Shown here piece after piece: positions 11,517-22,484 of a stretch of DNA of 64,000 nucleotides (the first letter of the stretch is position 1; each line of letters begins with the position of its first letter). The notes under the pieces are model-generated. The model saw nothing but the letters and a program-made list of their open reading frames with translations. It was not told the DNA's origin and ran no database searches. The translations under genes and the position numbers were made by a program. Location: positions 24,912 to 88,911 of the forward strand of contig JAPKHL010000005.1 of the NCBI GenBank assembly GCA_026646875.1, given 5' to 3'. This DNA comes from Rhodocyclaceae bacterium. Lineage in GTDB: Bacteria > Pseudomonadota > Gammaproteobacteria > Burkholderiales > Rhodocyclaceae.

Positions 11517-13433
11517 TTAAGCCGTGCCACTTCGCGCCGCGACTTCTTCCAGAAGTCGCGCGGCCAGCGCCTCGATCGGCATTTGCCCGAGGTCCTGACC
11601 ACCGCGTGTACGCACGGCCACCAGATTCGCCGCCATTTCCTTGTCCCCGACGACAAGTTGATATGGCAGCCTGTTCAAGCTATGTTCTCGGATTTTATAG
11701 GTTATTTTCTCATTGCGCAAATCCGCCTCGACGCGCAGGCCCGCGGCGCGTAGTTTTTTCGCAACACTGTCGGCGTATTCGAACTGCTTTTCGGAAATAT
11801 TGAGGACCACTGCCTGCACCGGAGCCAGCCACAGGGGCAGCGCTCCGGCGAAGTTCTCGATCAGGATGCCGATGAAGCGCTCGAGCGAACCGAGGATGGC
11901 GCGATGCAGCATCACCGGGACACGCCGGGTATCGTCGCCGGCCACGTATTCCGCGCCCAGACGGCCAGGCATCGAGAAGTCGACCTGCATGGTGCCGCAC
12001 TGCCAGGAGCGGCCGATGGCATCCTTGATGTGGAATTCGATCTTCGGTCCGTAAAAGGCACCCTCACCCGGCAACTCGGTCCACTCCAGCTCCGAGGCAC
12101 GCAGGGCATCGCGCAGGGCGTGCTCGGCCTTGTCCCAGACCTCGTCGGAACCAACGCGGCTTTCCGGGCGCAGGGCGAGCTTGACCGCCACGTCGTGGAA
12201 ACCGAAATCGGCATAGACTTTTTTGACCAGCGCGTTGAAGGCCGTCACCTCGGCCTCGATCTGATCCTCGGTGCAGAAGATGTGACCGTCGTCCTGCACG
12301 AAACCGCGCACGCGCATCAGGCCATGCAGGGCGCCCGAGGGTTCGTTGCGGTGGCAGGAACCGAACTCGCCGTAGCGCAGCGGCAGATCGCGGTATGAGC
12401 GCAGGCCGGCGTTATATACCTGGACATGCCCCGGGCAGTTCATCGGTTTCACCGCGTAGTCGCGGTTCTCCGAGGCGGTGGTGAACATGTTGTCCTTGTA
12501 ATGCTCCCAGTGCCCGGACTTTTCCCATAGCGTGCGGTCGAGGATCTGCGGGCAGCGCACTTCCTGGTAGCCATTGTCGCGGTACACCTTGCGCATGTAC
12601 TGCTCGATCTCCTGCCAGACCGCCCACCCTTTGGGGTGCCAGAAGACCAGCCCCGGCGCCTCTTCCTGCATGTGGAAGAGGTCGAACTGGCGACCGAGGC
12701 GGCGATGATCCCGCTTCTCGGCCTCCTCGAGCATGTGCAGATAGGCATCGAGGTCTTCCTTCTTCGCCCAGGCCGTGCCGTAGATCCGCTGCAGTTGCTC
12801 GTTGCGATGATCGCCGCGCCAGTAGGCTCCGGCCACCTTCATCAGCTTGAAGGCCTTGAGCTTGCCGGTCGAGGGCACGTGCGGGCCACGGCAGAGGTCG
12901 ATGAAATCGCCCTCGCGGTAGAGCGAAACCTGCTCGCCGGCGGGAATCGCGCCGATCAGCTCGGCCTTGTATTTTTCGCCCTGTTCGAGGAAGAAACGGA
13001 CGGCCTCGTCGCGGTCCCAGACTTCGCGGATAACCGGAATGTCACGCCGCGCCAACTCGGTCATGCGCTTCTCGATGGCCTCGAGGTCCTCGGGCGTGAA
13101 GGGGCGCTTGTAGGCGAAATCGTAGTAGAAGCCATGCTCGATGACCGGCCCGATCGTCACCTGCGCTTCGGGGAAGAGCTCCTTCACCGCGTAGGCCAGG
13201 AGGTGCGCCGTCGAGTGCCGGAGAATCTCGAGACCTTCGGCATCCCTGTCGGTGACGATGGCCAGATCGGCATCGGATTCGATGCGATGGGAGGTGTCGA
13301 CCAGCCGGCCATCCACCTTGCCGGCCAGCGCGGCGCGGGCCAGACCGGCGCCGATGCTGGCAGCGACTTCAGCGACGCTGACCGGCGCCGGAAAGGAACG
13401 GACGGAGCCGTCGGGCAGTTTGACGTCGGGCAT
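11517..13433 (-). CDS. thrS: threonine--tRNA ligase
   Basis: 638 aa with a TGS domain N-terminus ([14 protein letters not shown]) and class II motifs. Confidence 0.97.
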   Translation of the reverse strand: MPDVKLPDGSVRSFPAPVSVAEVAASIGAGLARAALAGKVDGRLVDTSHRIESDADLAIVTDRDAEGLEILRHSTAHLLAYAVKELFPEAQVTIGPVIEHGFYYDFAYKRPFTPEDLEAIEKRMTELARRDIPVIREVWDRDEAVRFFLEQGEKYKAELIGAIPAGEQVSLYREGDFIDLCRGPHVPSTGKLKAFKLMKVAGAYWRGDHRNEQLQRIYGTAWAKKEDLDAYLHMLEEAEKRDHRRLGRQFDLFHMQEEAPGLVFWHPKGWAVWQEIEQYMRKVYRDNGYQEVRCPQILDRTLWEKSGHWEHYKDNMFTTASENRDYAVKPMNCPGHVQVYNAGLRSYRDLPLRYGEFGSCHRNEPSGALHGLMRVRGFVQDDGHIFCTEDQIEAEVTAFNALVKKVYADFGFHDVAVKLALRPESRVGSDEVWDKAEHALRDALRASELEWTELPGEGAFYGPKIEFHIKDAIGRSWQCGTMQVDFSMPGRLGAEYVAGDDTRRVPVMLHRAILGSLERFIGILIENFAGALPLWLAPVQAVVLNISEKQFEYADSVAKKLRAAGLRVEADLRNEKITYKIREHSLNRLPYQLVVGDKEMAANLVAVRTRGGQDLGQMPIEALAARLLEEVAARSGTA

Positions 13434-13449
13434 GATTCAGGCCTCGGGC

Positions 13450-13480
13450 AAAAAAAAAGTGCGGACGAGCCGCACTTTTT
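13450..13480 (-). terminator. rho-independent terminator after tRNA-Val
   Basis: Minus strand reads GTGCGG-ctcgt-CCGCAC followed by a T9 run. Confidence 0.7.
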
Positions 13481-13567
13481 GTCGAACAACGGATGCAGTC
13501 TCGATCAGTATTTCGGGAGGCTAGCAGGGCTAGTTCGAAAGGCCATCAATCTGCTCCGTCTGCAATC

Positions 13568-13644
13568 TGGTAGGCGCGATTGGATTCGAACCAACGACCC
13601 CCACCATGTCAAGGTGGTGCTCTAACCAACTGAGCTACGCGCCT
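13568..13644 (-). tRNA. tRNA-Val (anticodon GAC)
   Basis: The reverse complement is AGGCGCGTAGCTCAGTTGGTTAGAGCACCACCTTGACATGGTGG...TTCGAATCC...CGCGCCTACCA. Confidence 0.9.
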
Positions 13645-13719
13645 TCATCACCGCTTTCAACCGCCTGCGGCATCGAAGAAGCGCGCATTATAGCGGGTTT
13701 CCGGCAAAGCGCAAGCGGT

Positions 13720-14505
13720 TTACGGCCAGGCTGCGAGAAATTCTTTCCAGTGGGGTTTGTCGAGCTTGCCCAACTCATCGCGCACGAAGGCGATTTCCGC
13801 CTCGTATCCCTCCCGCGACAGCTCGCCGCGCATCAGGCGGAAGCGCGTGGCAACGAGATAGGTATTGACCACGTCGGTCTCGCAGTAATCGCGGATCTCG
13901 CCAATCTTCCCGCCCTGCCACGCCTCCCAGACCTTGCTGCCGTCCATCCCCAGCTTGCCGGGAAAGCCGATCAGCTTGGCCAGATCGTCGAGCGGTGCCG
14001 CAGCGCGCGGCTGATACATCGCCAGCAGATCCATCAGATCGAGGTGGCGCGTGTGATAGCGACTGATGTAGTTGTTCCACTTGAAATCGCGGCTGTCGGC
14101 GTAGTCGCCGTCGCCGAGGTCCCAGTAGCGGGGCGCGGCGACGCCGTGGATCAGGCCGCGATAGTGCAGCACCGGCAGGTCGAAGCCACCGCCGTTCCAT
14201 GAAACCAGCTGCGGCGTGAATTTCTCGATCCCGTCGAAGAAGCGCTGGACGATCTCGGCTTCGTTCTGTTCCGGCTCGGCCAGCGACCACACGCGGAAAT
14301 CCTTCCCGGCACGCAGCGCGCAGGAGATGACGGCAATGCGCTGCAGGTGCAGCGGCAGGAAATCGCTGCCGTTCTGTGCGCGCCGCTGCTGGAAGGCCAG
14401 TTCGGCCACCTCGGCATCGGACAGCGCCGGATCGAGATCGTGCAGGCGGCGCAGCCCCGGGACGTCGGGGATGGTCTCGATGTCGAAGACGAGCACAGGT
14501 TTCAT
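13720..14505 (-). CDS. 3'-5' exonuclease (RNase H-like / PolB-exonuclease-like fold)
   Basis: The ATG at 14505 gives MKPVLVFDIETIPD. The FDIET ExoI-type motif is present. Confidence 0.75.
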   Translation of the reverse strand: MKPVLVFDIETIPDVPGLRRLHDLDPALSDAEVAELAFQQRRAQNGSDFLPLHLQRIAVISCALRAGKDFRVWSLAEPEQNEAEIVQRFFDGIEKFTPQLVSWNGGGFDLPVLHYRGLIHGVAAPRYWDLGDGDYADSRDFKWNNYISRYHTRHLDLMDLLAMYQPRAAAPLDDLAKLIGFPGKLGMDGSKVWEAWQGGKIGEIRDYCETDVVNTYLVATRFRLMRGELSREGYEAEIAFVRDELGKLDKPHWKEFLAAWP

Positions 14506-14507
14506 GT

Positions 14508-15413
14508 TCAGGCGGGGAAGACGCCGGTGGACAGATAGCGGTCGCCCCGGTCGCAGACGATGCTGACGATCGTGGCCCGCTCGACCTCGCGCGCGATGCG
14601 CAGGGCGACGGCAAGCGCGCCGCCCGAAGAAATCCCGGCGAAGATGCCCTCCTCGCTGGCCAGGCGGCGGGTGATCTCCTCGGCCTCGGCCTGCGAGACC
14701 GATTCGACGCGATCGATGCGCGAGCGGTCGAAGATCTTCGGCAGATAGGCCTCCGGCCATTTGCGGATACCGGGAATCTGCGCGCCGTCCTCGGGCTGGC
14801 AGCCAACGATGCAGACGGCGGGATTCTGCGCTTTGAGATAGCGGGAAACGCCCATGATGGTGCCGGTGGTGCCCATGCTGCTGACGAAATGCGTGATTTC
14901 CCCGCCGGTCTCGCGCCAGAGCTCCGGCCCGGTCCCTTCGAAATGCGCCAGCGGATTGTCGGGGTTGGCGAACTGGTCGAGGATGATGCCCCGCCCCTCG
15001 TCGCGCATCTTCTCGGCCACATCGCGCGCCAGTTCCATGCCGCCGCCGCGCGGCGTCAGCACCAGCTCGGCGCCGAAGGCGCGCATCGTCTGACGACGCT
15101 CGACACTCTGATTCTCCGGCATCACCAGAATCATCCGGTAGCCGCGCATGGCTGCCGCCATCGCCAGCGCGATGCCGGTATTGCCCGAAGTCGCCTCGAT
15201 CAGCGTATCGCCGGGGCGGATGTCGCCGCGCTGCTCCGCGCGCGTGATCATCGACAGCGCCGGACGGTCCTTCACCGAGCCGGCCGGATTGTTGCCCTCG
15301 AGCTTGACCAGCACGACGTTGCCGCGTGCCTCGATATCGGCTCCCGGCAGGCGCTTCAGGCGGATCAGCGGCGTGTTGCCGACATAGTCCTCGAGTGTCT
15401 TATACGCGGGCAT
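14508..15413 (-). CDS. cysM: cysteine synthase B
   Basis: [22 protein letters not shown]...NPAGSVKDR is the PLP-lysine motif. Confidence 0.9.
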   Translation of the reverse strand: MPAYKTLEDYVGNTPLIRLKRLPGADIEARGNVVLVKLEGNNPAGSVKDRPALSMITRAEQRGDIRPGDTLIEATSGNTGIALAMAAAMRGYRMILVMPENQSVERRQTMRAFGAELVLTPRGGGMELARDVAEKMRDEGRGIILDQFANPDNPLAHFEGTGPELWRETGGEITHFVSSMGTTGTIMGVSRYLKAQNPAVCIVGCQPEDGAQIPGIRKWPEAYLPKIFDRSRIDRVESVSQAEAEEITRRLASEEGIFAGISSGGALAVALRIAREVERATIVSIVCDRGDRYLSTGVFPA

Positions 15414-16404
15414 CGAGCCACTCCACATAACGTTGAACCCCCTCCTCCACCGTCGCGAAGTCATCCTCGTAGCCGGCCTTGCGCAGATTGCCGAGGTCGG
15501 CCTGCGTGAAGCTCTGGTACTTGCCCTTGAGGGCTTCGGGGAAAGGCACGTATTCGATCAGCCCGTCCGCCAGGAGTGTCGCGAGCGGCAGGCGGGCCTC
15601 GCCGGCGAGCGCGCGGCAGCCATTGACGCTGGCCACGGCCACGTCGTTGAAACTCTGCGCACGACCGGTTCCGAGGTTGAAGATACCCGATTTTTCCGGA
15701 TGGTCGAGGAAGAAGAGATTGACCTTGGCCACGTCGCCGACATATACGAAATCGCGCTTCTGCTCGCCGTCGGCATAACCGTCGCAGCCTTCGAAAAGTT
15801 TCACCTTGCCATCGGCGCGGAACTGGTTGAAGTGGTGGAAGGCCACCGACGCCATGCGCCCCTTGTGCGATTCGCGCGGACCATAGACGTTGAAATAACG
15901 GAAGCCGACCACCTGCGAGGCCGAGGGACCGATCTCCGCCAGCCGCCGGCGCACGATCTGGTCGAACAGGAACTTCGAATAGCCGTAGACGTTCAGCGGC
16001 GCCTCGTACTGCCGCTCCTCCCTGAACACGGTGCTGCCGCCGTAGGTTGCCGCACTGGAGGCATAGAGCAGCTGCACGTCCTGATCGAGACACCAGTCGA
16101 GCAGGCTCAGCGAATAGCGGTAATTGTTCTCCATCATGTAGCGGCCGTCGGTCTCCATGGTGTCGGAGCAGGCGCCCTCGTGCAGGATGGCGTCAACCTC
16201 GCCGTCAAAGTGCCCGGCCTGCAGGCGTTCGATGAACTCCTGCTTGTCGAGGTAATCGGCGATCTCGCAGTCGACGAGATTGCGGAACTTGTCGGCCTTG
16301 CTCAGGTTGTCGACAGCGATGATGTTCTTCTCGCCGCGCTCGTTGAGCGCCTTGACGAGATTCGATCCGATGAAACCGGCAGCGCCGGTGACGATGGTGT
16401 ACAT
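15400..16404 (-). CDS. hldD: ADP-glyceromanno-heptose 6-epimerase
   Basis: 334 aa. [21 protein letters not shown] is an SDR Rossmann motif, and the length is RfaD-like. Confidence 0.9.
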   Translation of the reverse strand: MYTIVTGAAGFIGSNLVKALNERGEKNIIAVDNLSKADKFRNLVDCEIADYLDKQEFIERLQAGHFDGEVDAILHEGACSDTMETDGRYMMENNYRYSLSLLDWCLDQDVQLLYASSAATYGGSTVFREERQYEAPLNVYGYSKFLFDQIVRRRLAEIGPSASQVVGFRYFNVYGPRESHKGRMASVAFHHFNQFRADGKVKLFEGCDGYADGEQKRDFVYVGDVAKVNLFFLDHPEKSGIFNLGTGRAQSFNDVAVASVNGCRALAGEARLPLATLLADGLIEYVPFPEALKGKYQSFTQADLGNLRKAGYEDDFATVEEGVQRYVEWLDARV

Positions 16405-16413
16405 GCGTGTTCC

Positions 16414-17349
16414 TCAGTTCAATGCAGCTTCGAGTTCGGCGCGGCTGACCACGGCGGTGCCGAGTTTGCCGACCACCACGCCGGCAGCCACGTTGGCGAC
16501 ATGGATCGCGTCGGCCCAGGCGGCGCCTTGGGCGAGCATCACCGCAAGGGTGGCGATCACCGTGTCGCCGGCACCGGAAACGTCGAACACCTCGCGTGCC
16601 ACTGCACCCTGATGCAGGGCTCCGGCCGCGCTGAACAGCGACATCCCTTCCTCGCTGCGCGTGACCAGCAGGGCCTCCAGGCCGAGTTCGGTGCGCAGCG
16701 CCTGGGCCTTGCGCTCGAGTTCGGCGTCGTCCTTCCAGCGCCCGACCACTTCGCGCAGCTCGGCGCGGTTCGGCGTGATCAGCGTTGCGCCGGCATATTT
16801 GGAATAATCGTCGCCCTTCGGGTCGACCAGCACCTTCTTGCCGGCGGCACGCGCCAGGCGGATCATTTCCTCGATGTGCGCGAGACCGCCCTTGCCGTAG
16901 TCGGAAAGCAGCACGACATCGCAGGCCGGCAGGCGCTCGACGAAATCGGCGAGCTTGGCACGCAGGATCTCGTGCGAGGGCATCGTCTCGAAGTCGATAC
17001 GCAGCAGTTGCTGCTGGCGACCGACGACGCGCAGCTTGACCGTGGTGCTGATCGCCGCATCGACGTGCAGTGCCGCTGCAATTCCCGCATCGTCCATCAG
17101 ACGTTGCAGACTGACGCCGGGCTCGTCGTCGCCAACCACCGAGAGCAGGCCGACCGCGGCTCCCAAGGCGGCTGCGTTGCGTGCCACGTTGGCCGCACCG
17201 CCCGGCCGTTCCTCGCTGCGCTCGACCTTGACCACCGGCACCGGCGCCTCGGGGGAAATGCGCGAAACGTCTCCGAACCAGTAGCGGTCGAGCATCACAT
17301 CGCCGACGATGAGCACGCGGGCCCCGGAAAAACTGGGCAGGCGCATCAT
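16414..17349 (-). CDS. hldA: D-glycero-beta-D-manno-heptose-7-phosphate kinase (RfaE domain I type)
   Basis: 311 aa PfkB-family protein with GAGDT near the C-terminus, adjacent to hldD. Confidence 0.85.
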   Translation of the reverse strand: MMRLPSFSGARVLIVGDVMLDRYWFGDVSRISPEAPVPVVKVERSEERPGGAANVARNAAALGAAVGLLSVVGDDEPGVSLQRLMDDAGIAAALHVDAAISTTVKLRVVGRQQQLLRIDFETMPSHEILRAKLADFVERLPACDVVLLSDYGKGGLAHIEEMIRLARAAGKKVLVDPKGDDYSKYAGATLITPNRAELREVVGRWKDDAELERKAQALRTELGLEALLVTRSEEGMSLFSAAGALHQGAVAREVFDVSGAGDTVIATLAVMLAQGAAWADAIHVANVAAGVVVGKLGTAVVSRAELEAALN

Positions 17350-18671
17350 TTGCGTCCGATCGCGCAGTATTCGATCCCGTGGCTGCGCGGCAGGCGCGGC
17401 TCGTAGAGATTACGGCCGTCGAAGATCACCGGTGTCTGCAGACGAGCCTTCAGGACTTCGAAATCCGGACTGCGAAATTCCTTCCACTCGGTAACGATGA
17501 TCAGCGCATCGGCCCCGTCGAGCGCGGCCATCGGGCTGTCGGCGTACGACAGACGCGGCTCCTTGCCGAAGATCCGCTGCGCTTCGTGCATCGCCACAGG
17601 ATCGTAGGCGGTGACCGTCGCGCCGGCGGCAAAGAGGTCGGCCAGCAGGTAGCGGCTCGGCGCCTCGCGCATGTCGTCGGTATTCGGCTTGAAAGCCAGC
17701 CCCCAGACCGCAAAGCGGCGCCCCGTCAGATCGTCGCCGAAACGGGCACGAACTTTCGCCGACAGCACGTGCTTCTGCGCTTCATTGGCTTCCTCGACGG
17801 CGTTCAACACGCGCAGTTCGATGCCTGCATCCTGCCGCGCAGTACGCTGCAGTGCCTGCACGTCCTTGGGAAAGCAGGAGCCGCCATAACCGCAGCCGGG
17901 ATAGAGGAAGTGATAGCCGATGCGCGGATCGGAACCAATTCCCTGGCGCACCTGCTCGATGTCGGCACCGAGTTTCTCGGCAAGGTTGGCCAGCTCGTTC
18001 ATGAAGCTGATGCGGGTGGCCAGCATCGCATTGGCAGCGTACTTGGTCAGTTCGGCCGAACGCACGTCCATCACGATCAGTCGTTCATGATTGCGCTGGA
18101 ACGGTGCGTATAGCGCCCGCATCAACTCGATGGCACGGGCATCCTCGGCGCCGATCACGATGCGGTCGGGACGCATGAAATCTTCGACGGCGGCCCCCTC
18201 CTTCAGGAACTCCGGATTCGAGACGACGCTGAAATCGATCCGTGCGCCACGTGCGTCGAGTTCGGCGGCGACAGCGGCGCGCACCCGGTCGCCGGTGCCG
18301 ACCGGGACCGTGGACTTGTCGACGACGATCTTGTAATCGGTCATATAGCGGCCGATGTTGCGCGCTGCGGCCGTCACGTATTGCAGGTCGGCCGAGCCAT
18401 CCTCGTCGGGCGGCGTGCCGACGGCGATGAACTGGATGGTGCCGTGCGCGACGGCATCCTCGACGCTGGTCGTAAAGCGCAGGCGACCGGCGGCGACATT
18501 GCGGCGGACCATGTCAAGCAGGCCCGGTTCGAAGATCGGGATGCCCCCTTCGTTGAGGATGCGAATCTTCTCGGGGTCGACGTCGAGGCAAAGAACGTCG
18601 TTGCCGACCTCGGCAAGGCAGGTGCCGCTGACCAGGCCGACATAGCCGGTACCAACCACGGTGATTTTCAA
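17346..18671 (-). CDS. ugd: UDP-glucose 6-dehydrogenase
   Basis: 441 aa with [14 protein letters not shown] and GGSCFPKD catalytic Cys motifs. Confidence 0.92.
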   Translation of the reverse strand: MKITVVGTGYVGLVSGTCLAEVGNDVLCLDVDPEKIRILNEGGIPIFEPGLLDMVRRNVAAGRLRFTTSVEDAVAHGTIQFIAVGTPPDEDGSADLQYVTAAARNIGRYMTDYKIVVDKSTVPVGTGDRVRAAVAAELDARGARIDFSVVSNPEFLKEGAAVEDFMRPDRIVIGAEDARAIELMRALYAPFQRNHERLIVMDVRSAELTKYAANAMLATRISFMNELANLAEKLGADIEQVRQGIGSDPRIGYHFLYPGCGYGGSCFPKDVQALQRTARQDAGIELRVLNAVEEANEAQKHVLSAKVRARFGDDLTGRRFAVWGLAFKPNTDDMREAPSRYLLADLFAAGATVTAYDPVAMHEAQRIFGKEPRLSYADSPMAALDGADALIIVTEWKEFRSPDFEVLKARLQTPVIFDGRNLYEPRLPRSHGIEYCAIGRK

Positions 18672-18680
18672 GACGAACTC

Positions 18681-19859
18681 CTAGGGGGTCAGATCGAATT
18701 CTTCGGTGCGCTTCGGCGGGTAGGTCTCCCAGCCACCGCAGGCCGGACAACGCCAGTAGAACTGGCGGGCCTTGAAGCCGCAATTATCGCACCGGTAGCG
18801 GGCCAGCCGGCGCGTGTACCCATGCACGATGCTCTTGGCCAGATCGAGGTCGGCGCGGGTCTCCGGCGAGGCCACCAGCAGACGCGCCTCGAGCAGCTTG
18901 TCGAAGCCAAGCAGGGTCGGATTGCGTTTGAGCTCGTCGCGCACCAGCCGGTACGCCGAATCGGCCCCCTCGCTTTCAAGCACGAGCTGGAACACGACAT
19001 CGAGCAGGTCGAGCGAGGGATAGCGTTCGAGATAGCCGCGCAGGAGCTGCAGCCCTTCCGCGCGGCGATCGAGGCGCCGGTAAGCATCGAGGAGGCGCTG
19101 CGCGACCAGCGCAAGATAGGCCGGATTCTGCTGCTCGATGCGCTGCCAGGCTTCGATGGCAGCACCGACGCGCTCCTGCTGCACTTCGAGATCGCCCTGC
19201 AGCAGGCTGGCACGGACGCATTTGCGGTTGCGCTCCAGGGCGCTCTGAAGGTGGCTAACCGCCAGATCGGGACGCGAGCGGATCATCTCGGCCGCCGCCA
19301 GCTCACAGTAATACTCGGCAACATCCTTCTGGGAAACGCTGTTCGGCAATTCGGCAGCGATCGCGATGGCCTTTTCCCAGTCCTTCTCCAACTGATAGAT
19401 CTCGAGCAGGTTGCGCTTGGCATCCTCGACGAGGGTGGCATTCGGCGATGCGCGCAGTTTCTCGAAGACTTCTTCCGCGCGGTCGAGCAGTCCTGCCTTC
19501 AGGTAGTCCTGACCGAGTTCGGCGAGCGCCTGCAACTTCAGATCCTGCGGCAGATCGTCGCGCTCGAGCAGATTCTGATGCATGCGGATCGCCCGGTCGG
19601 TCTCGCCACGACGGCGGAACAGCCCCCCCAGCGCGAAGTGCAGCTCGATCGTCTGCGGATCGACCTTGACCGCATCGACAAAGGACTCGATGGCCCGGTC
19701 GGGCTGTTCATTGAGCAGGAAATTCAATCCCTGAAAATACGACCGCGGCAGCGCGCGCGACTCCTTGACCAGATGGCGGATGTCGACGCGCGCAGCGGCC
19801 CAGCCGAGGCCGAAGAAAAGGGGGAAGAGCAGAAGTTGCCAGTACTCGAATTCGATCAT
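18681..19859 (-). CDS. lapB: lipopolysaccharide assembly protein LapB (YciM)
   Basis: N-terminal TM helix, TPR repeats and a C-terminal rubredoxin-like CDNCG...CPACGGW motif. Confidence 0.88.
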   Translation of the reverse strand: MIEFEYWQLLLFPLFFGLGWAAARVDIRHLVKESRALPRSYFQGLNFLLNEQPDRAIESFVDAVKVDPQTIELHFALGGLFRRRGETDRAIRMHQNLLERDDLPQDLKLQALAELGQDYLKAGLLDRAEEVFEKLRASPNATLVEDAKRNLLEIYQLEKDWEKAIAIAAELPNSVSQKDVAEYYCELAAAEMIRSRPDLAVSHLQSALERNRKCVRASLLQGDLEVQQERVGAAIEAWQRIEQQNPAYLALVAQRLLDAYRRLDRRAEGLQLLRGYLERYPSLDLLDVVFQLVLESEGADSAYRLVRDELKRNPTLLGFDKLLEARLLVASPETRADLDLAKSIVHGYTRRLARYRCDNCGFKARQFYWRCPACGGWETYPPKRTEEFDLTP

Positions 19860-19950
19860 GAAGGGCGACGCGGAGAGCGGCTCAAGGTGCGATCTGGAAC
19901 GCACCCGGAATGCGACCCGGAATGCGGTTCGGAACGTGACTCAGACGGTT

Positions 19951-20247
19951 TCAGAATCCGGTATCGGTCGTCGGCCCGGCGACCGGTTGCGCGCCCCCTG
20001 TTCCGGTCCGCGCGAGTTCGCGGCGCAGCCGCGCGGCTTCCCGGCGCAGGCCGAGCACGGTCCCCAGCAGAGCAAGCACACCGAACAGGGCCCCTCCGGC
20101 GAAGAAGGCCAGCACGACGATGATCAGCGGCGCCTGCCAGAGCGTGTCGAAAAAGAAACGCACGCTGACGGGGTCGGTATTTCTGACCGCGAAGGCGAAC
20201 AGGAACAAAAAGATGAAGATTCTCACGGCCCAGAGCAAGGCGCGCAT
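19951..20247 (-). CDS. lapA: LapA-family (DUF1049) inner-membrane protein
   Basis: 98 aa with two hydrophobic helices, located upstream of lapB. Confidence 0.8.
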   Translation of the reverse strand: MRALLWAVRIFIFLFLFAFAVRNTDPVSVRFFFDTLWQAPLIIVVLAFFAGGALFGVLALLGTVLGLRREAARLRRELARTGTGGAQPVAGPTTDTGF

Positions 20248-20270
20248 CGCTCCCTCCCGGTCATTTCAAC

Positions 20271-20299
20271 AAAAAGGGCGGCAACTTCCGTTGCCGCCC
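20271..20299 (-). terminator. rho-independent terminator after ihfB
   Basis: 10-bp stem GGGCGGCAAC/GTTGCCGCCC, with a T-run on the minus strand. Confidence 0.7.
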
Positions 20300-20331
20300 G
20301 CAATCTACCACAGCTTGTGTTACGCGGAAGC

Positions 20332-20616
20332 TCAGAGCGTGCCATCGACGCGCTCGCGCAGCTCCTTGCCCGCCTTGAAATGCGGCACCCATTTTTCCGG
20401 GACGCTGACTTTCTCCCCAGACTTGGGGTTTCTGCCGATGCGCGGCGGGCGGTAATTCAGCGCGAAACTGCCGAATCCGCGGATCTCGATGCGATCACCC
20501 CGGGCGAGCGCCTCGGACATCGCATCGAGAACCATCTTGACCGCAAAATCAGCATCTTTCGCGACCAGCTGCGGGAAACGCTCCGCGAGCCGGGCGATCA
20601 GCTCGGATTTGGTCAT
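20332..20616 (-). CDS. ihfB: integration host factor subunit beta
   Basis: 94 aa, [17 protein letters not shown]...[10 protein letters not shown]. Confidence 0.95.
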   Translation of the reverse strand: MTKSELIARLAERFPQLVAKDADFAVKMVLDAMSEALARGDRIEIRGFGSFALNYRPPRIGRNPKSGEKVSVPEKWVPHFKAGKELRERVDGTL

Positions 20617-20625
20617 GCTCGGACC

Positions 20626-22326
20626 TTATTGCGGATTGTTCAGCTTGGCCTTGAGCAGTGCGCCGAGGTTGGTCGTGCCCGAGCTGGCGGAACCACTTTC
20701 GGAAGCAAGCTTCTGCATGGCTTCCTGCTGCTCGGCCTGATCCTTGGCCTTGATCGAGAGGTTGATCGAACGCGACTTGCGATCGACGTTGATGATCATC
20801 GCCTCGATCTCGTCGCCTTCCTTGTACACCTTGGTCAGATCGTCGATGCGATCGCGCGAAACCTCGGAAGCGCGCAGGTAACCGTCCATCTCGCCCTCGA
20901 GCGAAACAACCGCGCCACGGGCATCGACCGACTTGATCGTGCCGCGGACGATGGCGTTCTTCTCGTGCGTGGCGATGTAGTTGGTGTAGGGGTCACCCTC
21001 GAGCTGCTTGATGCCCAGCGAGATGCGCTCCTTCTCGGTATCGATGGCCAGCACGACAGCCTCAACCTCGTCGCCCTTCTTGAAGCTGCGGATCGCCTCT
21101 TCGCCCGGAACCGACCAGGAGAGATCGGAGAGATGCACCAGACCGTCGATGCCGCCGGGCAGGCCGATGAACACGCCGAAGTCGGTGATCGACTTGATCG
21201 CACCACGCACCTTGTCGCCCTTCTTGTGGTTCATCGCGAAATCGTCCCACGGATTGGCGGCGCATTGCTTCATGCCGAGGGAGATGCGGCGACGATCCTC
21301 GTCGATCTCGAGGATCATGACCTCGACTTCGTCGCCCAGCTGGACAACCTTGGACGGATGAACGTTCTTGTTGGTCCAGTCCATCTCGGAGACGTGCACC
21401 AGGCCTTCGATGCCCTGCTCGATCTCGACGAACGCGCCGTAGTCGGTGAGGTTGGTGACCTTGCCGAACAGGCGGGTGCCCTGCGGGTAGCGACGCGAGA
21501 TGCCGACCCACGGATCTTCGCCGAGCTGCTTGAGACCGAGCGAGACGCGGTTCTTTTCCTGGTCGAACTTGAGGATCTTGGCCTGCACTTCGTCGCCCAC
21601 GGCCAGCACTTCGGACGGGTGACGGACACGGCGCCAGGCAAGATCGGTGATGTGCAGCAGGCCATCGATGCCGCCCAGGTCGACGAACGCGCCATAATCG
21701 GTGATGTTCTTGACGACACCCTTGACGATGCTGCCTTCCTTGAGGTTGGCAAGCAGCGCTTCGCGCTCTTCACCGACGCTCGCCTCGAGGACGGCGCGAC
21801 GGGAGACGACGACGTTGTTGCGCTTGCGGTCGAGCTTGATGACCTTGAATTCGTAGGTCTTGCCTTCGTACGGCGTGGTGTCCTTGACCGGGCGCATGTC
21901 GACCAGCGAGCCCGGCAGGAAGGCGCGGACGCTGTTGGTCATGACGGTCAGGCCGCCCTTCACCTTGCCGGTGATGGTGCCGGTCACCAGCGAACCGTCG
22001 TTCAGGGCCTGCTCGAGGGCGTTCCAGGCAGCGACGCGCTTGGCGCGGTCGCGCGAGAGGCGGGTTTCGCCGAAGCCGTTTTCGAGCTGCTCGATGGCGA
22101 CCTGGACGAAATCGCCGGCCTTGACTTCGAGTTCGCCCTGATCGTTCAGGAATTCTTCGACATCGATGTAGCTTTCGGACTTCAGTCCGGCGTTAACGAC
22201 CACGAAGTTCTGGTCGACGCGCACAACCTCGGCGGTGATGACCTCGCCCTGGCGCATTTCCTGGCGCGCGAGGCTTTCTTCGAAAAGTTGTGCAAAGCTT
22301 TCTTGGGAGACGGGATTGGCAGACAT
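20626..22326 (-). CDS. rpsA: 30S ribosomal protein S1
   Basis: The ATG at 22326 gives [19 protein letters not shown]. Six S1 repeats are present. Confidence 0.95.
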   Translation of the reverse strand: MSANPVSQESFAQLFEESLARQEMRQGEVITAEVVRVDQNFVVVNAGLKSESYIDVEEFLNDQGELEVKAGDFVQVAIEQLENGFGETRLSRDRAKRVAAWNALEQALNDGSLVTGTITGKVKGGLTVMTNSVRAFLPGSLVDMRPVKDTTPYEGKTYEFKVIKLDRKRNNVVVSRRAVLEASVGEEREALLANLKEGSIVKGVVKNITDYGAFVDLGGIDGLLHITDLAWRRVRHPSEVLAVGDEVQAKILKFDQEKNRVSLGLKQLGEDPWVGISRRYPQGTRLFGKVTNLTDYGAFVEIEQGIEGLVHVSEMDWTNKNVHPSKVVQLGDEVEVMILEIDEDRRRISLGMKQCAANPWDDFAMNHKKGDKVRGAIKSITDFGVFIGLPGGIDGLVHLSDLSWSVPGEEAIRSFKKGDEVEAVVLAIDTEKERISLGIKQLEGDPYTNYIATHEKNAIVRGTIKSVDARGAVVSLEGEMDGYLRASEVSRDRIDDLTKVYKEGDEIEAMIINVDRKSRSINLSIKAKDQAEQQEAMQKLASESGSASSGTTNLGALLKAKLNNPQ

Positions 22327-22484
22327 GTGAGTGACCTGACCGCATTGCTGCGGGGTTGGTTGAACAACGTTGCCGCCCCGCACTCCCGGGCTTCCGCACC
22401 AGCGGGCCGATGGAGAGTCCGGCGGAACCGGCAACACCGAAAGACGACACCCCGGAAGGCCGGCGCGCCGTGACTACTACTTGA

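Noticed and set aside
19765-22473. 902-aa ORF on the plus strand, and similar long ORFs (53..1330 -, 6475..7872 +, 8077..10407 +, 22497..24137 +, 47982..49841 -, 59412..61007 -)
   Set aside because: All lie opposite or out of frame to genes with clear family signatures (rpsA, murI, pheT, pheS, aroA, primase, portal). They lack RBSs and recognisable motifs, so they are high-GC shadow ORFs.
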